Below are positions 26,438 to 32,828 of a DNA stretch of 32,828 nucleotides, piece after piece. The DNA is taken from assembly GCA_041487215.1 (NCBI GenBank), contig JBGPMX010000003.1, positions 1-32,828 of the forward strand, in the 5' to 3' direction. The DNA is from Planctomycetia bacterium. Lineage in GTDB: Bacteria; Planctomycetota; Planctomycetia; JALXBF01; JBGPMX01. A model generated the notes under the pieces. The model worked only from the letters and a program-made list of their open reading frames with translations. It was not told where the DNA came from and searched no databases. The position numbers were made by a program, and so were the translations under genes. Numbering within the stretch: the first letter of the stretch is position 1; each line of letters begins with the position of its first letter.

Positions 26438-26547
26438 ATCCCATCGCGCCACTGCAATGTCACGATGCATCGATCATGATGAATCGAATACGATCCCATC
26501 GCGCCGGCCACGATGTCACGATGCATCGACCATGATGAATTGAATAC
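26438..26547. repeat. Two tandem ~55-bp repeats rich in short palindromes
   Basis: ATCCCATCGCGCC...ATGTCACGATGCATCGAYCATGATGAATYGAATAC starting at 26438 and 26493. A partial copy lies at about 26415-26427. Confidence 0.85.
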
Positions 26548-26553
26548 ATTCCG

Positions 26554-26590
26554 TGATACCCCCCCTACCCCCCTTCGGAAGGGGGGGACA
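26554..26590. repeat. Truncated copy of the poly-C/poly-G palindrome
   Basis: TGATACCCCCCCTACCCCCCTTCGGAAGGGGGGGACA. Confidence 0.75.
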
Positions 26591-26652
26591 ACCGCGCTAC
26601 CGCGGTGGTGCGGCAGTGATGAACGAGGAAGGGCCGGGGAGCGCCGGAAGCG

Positions 26653-27450
26653 TCAGGCCGGATCTTCCGCGGGCTCCGCCGTCCACGCCGCCGGATCGCC
26701 GTAGCACTCCCAGGGCGTCTTGGCCACCCAGCTGCCGGCGAGGTCGCGGACGACAAGGACTGCGATGCCGCCGAGGATCGGCAGCCCCGCGCCGCAGCAA
26801 ACGCCCAGGAACGCGCCCCCGCCCGGTGCGGCGTGCGCGGCGATCGCCAGCGGAACCAGGATGAGCAAGCTGATCAGGGCGATCAGCGTGAAGATGAATG
26901 CGGTCATCAGTACCCGCGGCGCGCGGTTGCCGCGCCACACGGCGGGCGGCCAGACGTTCTCGCGCCGGGCCCGGTGCACCCCCACATCCAGCCAGAGCCG
27001 CAGGCGAGCGCCGCGGGCCCCGGCCAGCGCTGTGTAGACGGCCAGCGTCGCCGCCCCAAAGCCCGCGAACGCTTCGAGCAGCGTCGCCGAGACCATCTCC
27101 AGCAGCGCGTTGGGCAGCATGCGCCCGGCGCGCGGATGCGACACGCAGGCCTGGATCAGTAGGAGCAGCACCATGGCGATGCTCGCCGCTACCGCCAGCC
27201 GCCACAAGCCGCCCGCCAGGTACAGCCAGAACAGGCAGCGGCCGCGGCGGCGATCCGGATCCACCCGGCGTAGCCAGAGCGCGGACTGCAAGTCGCTCCA
27301 GCCGAACTTGGCGCAAACCACCGCCACGGAAAGGGCCGGCTGCGCGGTCAGCTCGTAAACCAGGAAGCCGATGCCGAATAACAGCGACCAGAGGAGATAG
27401 TTCGGGCGAGATCCGGCGCCGTCGCCTTCGCCCGCATCAGGACCGGTCAT
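26653..27450 (-). CDS. Hypothetical polytopic membrane protein (about 6 hydrophobic segments)
   Basis: Multiple TM-like stretches, including LLWSLLFGIGFLVY and AFIFTLIALISLLILVPLAI. Start is ATG 27450 or GTG 27492. Confidence 0.75.
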   Translation of the reverse strand: MTGPDAGEGDGAGSRPNYLLWSLLFGIGFLVYELTAQPALSVAVVCAKFGWSDLQSALWLRRVDPDRRRGRCLFWLYLAGGLWRLAVAASIAMVLLLLIQACVSHPRAGRMLPNALLEMVSATLLEAFAGFGAATLAVYTALAGARGARLRLWLDVGVHRARRENVWPPAVWRGNRAPRVLMTAFIFTLIALISLLILVPLAIAAHAAPGGGAFLGVCCGAGLPILGGIAVLVVRDLAGSWVAKTPWECYGDPAAWTAEPAEDPA

Positions 27451-27537
27451 CGCACACCCGAATCGGACGGCGCCGGGATGCAGCGCGGGCACTCCAGGGC
27501 CGTGTCGTGTCCGAGGGCACCCGCGAATCGCCGGGAG

Positions 27538-27927
27538 TTACAGGCCGGGTTCAAGGCTCGATGCGGCGGGCACTGGCCCGGCCGCGACAAGCTTCTTGCG
27601 CGCCGAATCGACGGTGAGATTCAGGCCTTCGAGCGTGCGGGCGCCGAGTAACCGGAGGTCCCCCGGCTCCGCGAACACCACCTCGTCGATCGTGAAATAT
27701 TTGTCCACTCTGACAATGGCAAAGCCAACGCTGCGCGTGATCTGCGCCCCGTTCGCCATGGCAAAGGTGACATCTTTTTTCTCACGCGCGATGCCAAGTT
27801 TTTCGAGCGTCGTCTCGGGCACCCACGTGTATTCGCTCCCCGTATCGACAAGGACCTTAGGCAAAACTGCCGAGCGGCGGCGCTCCACCGAGTTCTGAAT
27901 CGTGCATCGCACGTAAAACGTACCCAT
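27538..27927 (-). CDS. Clan AA (retropepsin-like) aspartic protease, single domain
   Basis: MGTFYV start, catalytic VLVDTGS, LEKLGI, MANG, LLGARTLEGLNL. Confidence 0.88.
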   Translation of the reverse strand: MGTFYVRCTIQNSVERRRSAVLPKVLVDTGSEYTWVPETTLEKLGIAREKKDVTFAMANGAQITRSVGFAIVRVDKYFTIDEVVFAEPGDLRLLGARTLEGLNLTVDSARKKLVAAGPVPAASSLEPGL

Positions 27928-27955
27928 GCAGTCTTTCACGAGCCTATCCCACGAC

Positions 27956-29683
27956 TCAGGCCGCTTCTTTGTCGTGCATCGCGGCGAAGCGTTCGAGGTC
28001 TTCCTTGCCCTTGCGGAAGCAGAAGTCCCCGAAGCTCTCCGCCTCCTGCCGATCCGCTTTGAAATAGAGGAAGAGCGGCACCAGTGTGCGCACGATCTCG
28101 TCGTGGGCCACCAGATCCTTGTACACCCAGTTCATTCGCGTGCCGATGGTGTTGCCGCCGACAAGCATCGTGTACCGCCCGGCCGCCTTGCCGACCAGGC
28201 CAATGTCGCAGTTGTAAGGGCGGGCGCAGCCGTTCGGGCAGCCGGTCATGTGGATCGAGAACCGTTCGGCTTCAAGCCCCAGCTTGGCGATCTCGCGTTC
28301 GAGTTCGTCGATGATCGACGGCAACGCCCGCTCGCTCTCCGTCACGGCCAGGCCGCAGGTGGGAAGCGCCGGGCAGGCCATCGAGTAGCGCAGCACGTTC
28401 GAGATCTCATCGTGCGGCGGCACGGCGTGCTCGCGCAGCGTGCGCTCGATCTCTTCCCGCCACTCGGCCTGGAGGTCGGTGAGCAGGATGCTCTGGATCG
28501 CGGTGAGCCGGCCGTTCATCCCGAGCGGCCCGAATCGTTCGAAGAGCGTGCGCAGCGCGGCCTTGTACCGTACTGCGACGTCCTGGATCCGGCCGTTCTC
28601 GATGTTGACTCCCAGGTAAAATCGGCCGTCTCCCTGCGGGTGCCAGCCGAGGTGATCGTCCAGGCCGGTGACGTCGGCGGGGTGCGGCGGCGGCAAATCG
28701 CGCCCGATGTACTCGCACACCTTGGCCCGGAACTGCTCGAGCCCCCAGCGGTGGATCAGATACTTGAGCCGCGCCTGGTCCCGGTCGTCACGCCGGCCGA
28801 AATCGCGCTGCACGCCGACCACCGCGGCGGCGGCGTCGATCACCTGGTCCGGCGTGATGAACGCGAGCCGCTTGGCGAGCGCCGGGAAGGTCTCCTTCTT
28901 GGCCGGCTTCATTCCCATGCCGCCGCCGGCCAGCAGGTTGAACCCGATGAGCTGCCCCTGCTCGACGACCGCCAGCAGGCCCAGGTCGTTATCGTACACG
29001 TCGACGCAGTTGTCCTCGGCGAGCGCGATCGCCATCTTGAACTTGCGCGGCAGGTAAACCGCGCCGTAGATCGGCTCCTCTGCGGGCGTGCCGCGGCCCG
29101 GCAGATCCGTGAGCTGCTCGCCGTCGACCCAGATCTCGTGATAGGCGCGCGTGCGCGGCGCAAAGTGCGCGGCGAGCTCGTCCGCCACGCGCTGCATGGG
29201 GTCGCGCACGCCGTCCCCATGGTGCGGGGCCGGGCAGCAGACGACGTTGCGGTTCACGTCCCCGCAGGCACCCAACGTGGAGAGCAGGCAGGAGTTGATC
29301 TCGTGGATGGTCTGCCAGAGATTGCTCTTGAGCACGCCGTGCAGCTGGAAGCCCTGCCGCGTGGTGATGCGCAGCGTGCCGTTGCCGTAGCGCTCGGCCA
29401 GATCGAGCTGGGTGAGGAACTGCGTGGCGGTGATCTTGCCGCCCGGTATCTTCGAGCGGATCATGAACATGTACGCCCGCGCGGACTTGTTCTGCCCCGG
29501 CGCGCGGTTCTTACGCGCCTCGCGATCGTCTTGCTGGTACGTGCCGTGGAACTTGAGCAGGGCCGCGTCTGCCTTCGCAAAGTGCTCCGTGTCCTGCGCA
29601 AGCTCGGCTGCGATCGTGCCGCGCAGTTGCCCGCTGTTCTCTTTCACGATCTCAGCGCCCGAGCGCTCTGGTTTGGCCGGCAT
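27956..29683 (-). CDS. cysI: Assimilatory sulfite reductase siroheme/[4Fe-4S] subunit (CysI/Sir type)
   Basis: KFHGTYQQDDR, LRITTRQGFQLHG, ACGDVNRNV, YLPRKFK, RLKY, and ligand motifs CPALPTCGL and TGCPNGC. GGAG RBS. Confidence 0.93.
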   Translation of the reverse strand: MPAKPERSGAEIVKENSGQLRGTIAAELAQDTEHFAKADAALLKFHGTYQQDDREARKNRAPGQNKSARAYMFMIRSKIPGGKITATQFLTQLDLAERYGNGTLRITTRQGFQLHGVLKSNLWQTIHEINSCLLSTLGACGDVNRNVVCCPAPHHGDGVRDPMQRVADELAAHFAPRTRAYHEIWVDGEQLTDLPGRGTPAEEPIYGAVYLPRKFKMAIALAEDNCVDVYDNDLGLLAVVEQGQLIGFNLLAGGGMGMKPAKKETFPALAKRLAFITPDQVIDAAAAVVGVQRDFGRRDDRDQARLKYLIHRWGLEQFRAKVCEYIGRDLPPPHPADVTGLDDHLGWHPQGDGRFYLGVNIENGRIQDVAVRYKAALRTLFERFGPLGMNGRLTAIQSILLTDLQAEWREEIERTLREHAVPPHDEISNVLRYSMACPALPTCGLAVTESERALPSIIDELEREIAKLGLEAERFSIHMTGCPNGCARPYNCDIGLVGKAAGRYTMLVGGNTIGTRMNWVYKDLVAHDEIVRTLVPLFLYFKADRQEAESFGDFCFRKGKEDLERFAAMHDKEAA

Positions 29684-29935
29684 AACAATCTCCGCGTGAA
29701 GGAGACGTCCCTGTCTCGGCGCTTGCCCGCCCGGATGCGAAGGGCGCGCATCGGCCGGCTCCCGCCTCTGCCCGAAACGACACGGCGTTCGCCGTCCGGT
29801 TCGCCGTTATTCCCGGGGAGCCCGGGCGGACCGTTTAGTTTAGTCGATCACGGTCCCCAAGGGTACGCGAGCTTGCCGCTCCGCGCCGAAACGGCTTCCG
29901 TGCAGCTCCGCCCGCTCCCCGCCGCACAGGCGACG

Positions 29936-30018
29936 ATGTTCGGCGCGGGTCTCCCACATGTTCGGCGCGGGTCTCCCGACCCCGCCGCTCATGACTCGTC
30001 GGCAGACCCGCGCGAACA
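29936..30018. repeat. REP-like cluster: two tandem copies plus one inverted copy of TGTTCGGCGCGGGTCTCCC
   Basis: ATGTTCGGCGCGGGTCTCCC at 29936 and 29958. Inverted GTCGGCAGACCCGCGCGAACA at 29998-30018. Confidence 0.8.
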
Positions 30019-30079
30019 GAAGATCCGCGCCATCAGCAGGTCGAAGACCCGGTCGCCCCGTTCGGGCCTGTGGACGGCC

Positions 30080-31039
30080 TCATTTGCCCGGCGGGACGGG
30101 CTGGCCGCGCACGGCGGTGCGGATGCGATAGAGCGCCGAGGCCGTGGTGACGTAGAGCGTGTCGCGCCGCGGTCCGCCGAACGCGCAGTTCGTGGGCGGC
30201 TCCGGCGTTCGGACCACGGTGAGCAGCTGGGCCTTGGTCTGATCTTCGTTGACAAGGAAGACATGGACCCCGGCCTGGTCACCGGCCCCGGCGGTGGCCC
30301 AGATGCGACCGGAGTCGTCGATCGTCATACCGTCGATGCCGCGGCCGGTGCCAAAGTCGTACAGCACGCGCGCCTTGAGCGTCGCCGTGTCCCCGGTGAG
30401 ATCGTAGCTCAGAAGCAAGCGGTTGGCCGCACTCTCGGGATTGTCGGCCAGGTAGAGCGTTTTTTCGTCCGGTGCGAGCGCGATTCCGTTCGGGCGCGAC
30501 ACGCTGTCGATGATTCGGGTGAGCTTCCCGTCGGGGTGGATGCGGTACACGGCCTCCTTATCCTGCTCCACCCCCTTGCGGTCTCCGTAGCGCGGATCGG
30601 TGAAATAGATATTTCCCTGCGAATCGATGGCCAGGTCGTTCGGGCTGTTGAGCCGTTTGCCGTTGTAGCGATCGGCCAGGGTGACCACGCGGCCGTCCTT
30701 CTCGGTCCGTGAGATTCTCCGTCCGCCGTCGCTCGAATTCCCCTCGGCAGCCACCAGCCGTCCCTGGGGGTCGAAGGCCAGCCCGTTGGCGCGCCCGCTC
30801 GGCTCGCGAAACACGCTGACCTTGTCTCCCGGCTCGAGCTTGAGGATGCGGTTGCGGGGAATGTCCTCGAACAGAAGGAAGCCGTCGGGGTGCCAGGCGG
30901 GCCCCTCGCTGAACTGGAGTTCCCCCACCACCCGCTCCAGCTTGGCGCCCGGCGGAATCAGTTCGGGCTCCGCGGCGCCCGCGGGAGGAGCGGCTGCGAG
31001 CAGGATCAGCAGCGCAAGGCGGGAATGCAAGGCAGGCAT
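30080..31039 (-). CDS. Secreted SMP-30/gluconolactonase/LRE family protein
   Basis: Signal peptide MPALHSRLALLILLAAAPPAGAA, then FSEGPAW, ANGLAFD, LNSPNDL, YFTDP, PNGIAL, DGMTID, PTNCAFGG. ATG 31039 has a GGAG RBS (alternative 31045). Confidence 0.93.
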   Translation of the reverse strand: MPALHSRLALLILLAAAPPAGAAEPELIPPGAKLERVVGELQFSEGPAWHPDGFLLFEDIPRNRILKLEPGDKVSVFREPSGRANGLAFDPQGRLVAAEGNSSDGGRRISRTEKDGRVVTLADRYNGKRLNSPNDLAIDSQGNIYFTDPRYGDRKGVEQDKEAVYRIHPDGKLTRIIDSVSRPNGIALAPDEKTLYLADNPESAANRLLLSYDLTGDTATLKARVLYDFGTGRGIDGMTIDDSGRIWATAGAGDQAGVHVFLVNEDQTKAQLLTVVRTPEPPTNCAFGGPRRDTLYVTTASALYRIRTAVRGQPVPPGK

Positions 31040-31183
31040 CGGCATCTCCGCGTGGGATCGTTGCGGGTCCGGGGGGGCGGCCGGGGCGTTGCACAAGGGC
31101 CCATCGCTCCACGGGTCGCCCGTGCGGCCGGAGCGGGAGCAGCGCCGATTATCGGCCGATGGTCAGCCCTGTGCCACAAGAAA

Positions 31184-31483
31184 GGGCCCGTAAAGAAATA
31201 ACTTGACCATTTGACCCACTTGAAAGAGAGAATCCGCCGCGTGTCGCCCATCGAACTGCCGTTGCATCTCCGATGGAGTGCCAGGGTGTATCTCGGCGGA
31301 TTCTCTCTTTCAATGAAGGCCTCACACCGTTGAAACGGGCAGAAATGGAGCCACTGCGAGGGCACGTTGCGCGCGCCGGCTCGGGGGCTGTTTCGTCGAT
31401 TCGCTGCCCGAACCAACCCAGGTACCTCGCTCGCAGTGGCTCCATTTGTAGGTCAAATGTGCAAGTTATTTTTTTACGGGCCC
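31184..31483. mobile_element. 300-bp MITE-like element with 36-bp TIRs and two internal perfect inverted repeats
   Basis: TIRs at 31184-31219 and 31448-31483 match at 32 of 36 positions. Internal perfect IRs of 20 bp (31220-31239/31294-31313) and 18 bp (31343-31360/31430-31447). AAA on both flanks. Lower GC than its surroundings. Confidence 0.8.
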
Positions 31484-31486
31484 AAA

Positions 31487-32488
31487 TCAGCCCGTGTAAC
31501 CCGGGTACTGCTCCTGGAGCGGCCGGGCGTCGCGGCTGACCGGGCCGCGCTTCTGGAAGGCGTCGCGCACGTAGCGCGGCAGGTGAAAGAGGCGGCGGTG
31601 CGCGATGCCGTCGTAGAAGCCGAGCGGGGTGCTCACGCGCGCGGCAATGCGTGCGTCGATCTCGGTGGGGTCAACGGCCGCGGCGTCGACCGAGCCGGGC
31701 CCGGCAAGCGTAAAGGACCAGTCCGTGGTGTAGGCGGGAAGAAACACGGCGTAGCTGGCCGCGTGCGGCCAGGCCGACCGGACCGTGCGGTAGATCATCG
31801 CCGCGCTCTCCAGGCCGTGCAGGGTCACGGCATCCGATTGCAGGGCCACGAGGCCGCCGGGGTTGAGACGATCGCGTACCCGCTCGTAGAACTCGGCGGT
31901 GAAGAGGCGGCAGGAGGGGCCGCCGGCCATGGGGTTGGTCACGTCGATGATCACGACGTCGAACCGTTCGCGGCTGGTTTCGACGAACGCGCGTCCGTCT
32001 CCGAAGCGCAGCTTGGTGCGCGGGTCGTCGAACGACCCGGCGTGGAACGTGGGCAGGTGCTCGCGCGCGGCGGCCACCACGTGGGGATCGAGATCCACCA
32101 TGACGGCGCGGCGAACGGAGCGGTGCCGCAGCACCTCGCGGAGCGTCGCCCCCTCGCCCCCGCCAAGCACCAGCACGTCGCGCGGCGCGGCGTGTAGCAG
32201 CAGGGCCGGATGGACCAGCGACTCGTGGTAAATGTGCTCGTCCGCCTCGAAGCTCTGCACCTCGCCGTCCAGCAGCAGGCAGCGGCCGTAGGCCTCGGTC
32301 TCGACGATCTCGATCTCCTGGAATTCGCTCTGCACGCGGACGACCTCGCCGCGTACGGCGTGTGCGGTGTACTCCCAGGGAGCGGCCCAGTCGAGCATCC
32401 AGCGGTGACGGAACGCGCGCGGGGGCGGCGCGGCAACCGGTTCGCGGCGGCCGGGGTCCCGTGGTGTGCTGTGCCGCCGCGTTGTCAC
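31487..32488 (-). CDS. speE: Polyamine aminopropyltransferase (spermidine synthase family)
   Basis: SEFQEI, LLLDGEVQS, DEHIYHESLVHP, VLVLGGGEGATLREVL, MVDLD, FDVVIID, LNPGG. GTG start overlaps the speD stop (GTGA). Confidence 0.93.
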   Translation of the reverse strand: MTTRRHSTPRDPGRREPVAAPPPRAFRHRWMLDWAAPWEYTAHAVRGEVVRVQSEFQEIEIVETEAYGRCLLLDGEVQSFEADEHIYHESLVHPALLLHAAPRDVLVLGGGEGATLREVLRHRSVRRAVMVDLDPHVVAAAREHLPTFHAGSFDDPRTKLRFGDGRAFVETSRERFDVVIIDVTNPMAGGPSCRLFTAEFYERVRDRLNPGGLVALQSDAVTLHGLESAAMIYRTVRSAWPHAASYAVFLPAYTTDWSFTLAGPGSVDAAAVDPTEIDARIAARVSTPLGFYDGIAHRRLFHLPRYVRDAFQKRGPVSRDARPLQEQYPGYTG

Positions 32489-32828
32489 TGCGGCACCGCC
32501 GTCGGGGCGCGCGCCCCGGTCATGGCGCCCGGTGGCGCGGCCTGCCAATGCGCGGCGCGCGACGGATCGAGCTGGCCGCGCTCGAGCTCGAGCTCCATCA
32601 CTCGGCCGGCGCCCAGCGACGCGGCCAGGTACGCCTTGGCGCGGTGGGGATCGGTGACGCCGCTGCACACGAAGATGTCGCCGCTCGCCGTCCCGAGCTC
32701 CGGCCAGGTGTGCAGCGCCAGGTGACTCTCGGCGAGCACGACGACCAGGCTCACCCCGTGCGGCTGGAAGCGGTGTGCGTGCACGGCGACCACCGAAGCG
32801 CCCATCGCGTGGGCCGCCGCCACCGCGT
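32485..32828 (-). CDS. speD: S-adenosylmethionine decarboxylase proenzyme (SpeD/SpeH class), N-terminus outside the window
   Basis: HRFQPHGVS, pyruvoyl autocleavage site LAE|SH, HTWPE, DIFVC, ELERG. Coupled to speE. Confidence 0.92.
   Translation of the reverse strand, partial: AVAAAHAMGASVVAVHAHRFQPHGVSLVVVLAESHLALHTWPELGTASGDIFVCSGVTDPHRAKAYLAASLGAGRVMELELERGQLDPSRAAHWQAAPPGAMTGARAPTAVPQ

Noticed and set aside
26165-26547. Possible CRISPR array from the direct repeats
   Set aside because: Only two copies of each repeat, no regular unique spacers and no cas genes.
29831-29850. Rrf2/IscR-like site (CGACTAAACTAAACGG on the minus strand) upstream of cysI; SAM riboswitch also looked for
   Set aside because: Only a half-site with no dyad symmetry, and it may simply be a -10 box (TAAACT). 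No SAM-I core was seen.
27926-30712. 928-aa plus-strand ORF and other long antisense ORFs (848-2566, 3011-4366, 23634-25100, 24560-25567)
   Set aside because: Shadow frames of real minus-strand genes in high-GC DNA, with no recognisable motifs.
31006-31539. Short ORFs across the 300-bp element as a possible transposase
   Set aside because: No DDE or HUH motifs. The frames cross the inverted repeats and lack an RBS.
32489-32668. Extended speE N-terminus or a speD-speE fusion
   Set aside because: The extension is an off-frame overlap with speD. The genes are separate and joined by a normal GTGA overlap.

Overview
High-GC bacterial DNA, almost certainly Planctomycetota (LExRxLL export motif, kinase-linked ECF sigma factor, planctomycete-type REP elements). 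About 20 kb is a minus-strand three-gene module: an ECF sigma factor (20881-21444), a membrane Ser/Thr kinase with an N-terminal zinc anti-sigma motif, 16 WD40 repeats and TPRs (15883-20721), and a ~4790-aa exported protein with 18 CARDB-type Ig repeats, a split propeller with a beta-rich insert, SdrD-B repeats and an intact S8 subtilase (1178-15550). The kinase gene and the giant gene share an identical bipartite upstream motif (GACAGGT-N12-GCGCATA), while the sigma gene has a sigma70-like promoter. This points to a self-amplifying surface-signalling circuit whose output is a giant adhesin-protease. The rest is mostly housekeeping: partial top6B, Mesh1-like HD hydrolase, ACT protein, folD, cobB, HDIG protein, clan AA protease, sulfite reductase, SMP-30 lactonase, speE and partial speD. 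Small mobile and repeat DNA is dense: a 91-bp MITE with an 8-bp TSD that rewrote the kinase C-terminus, a 300-bp MITE-like element with nested perfect hairpins, a RAYT transposase remnant and several REP families. There is also a 6S-like structured RNA candidate. All calls come from reading motifs by eye; no database searches were run.
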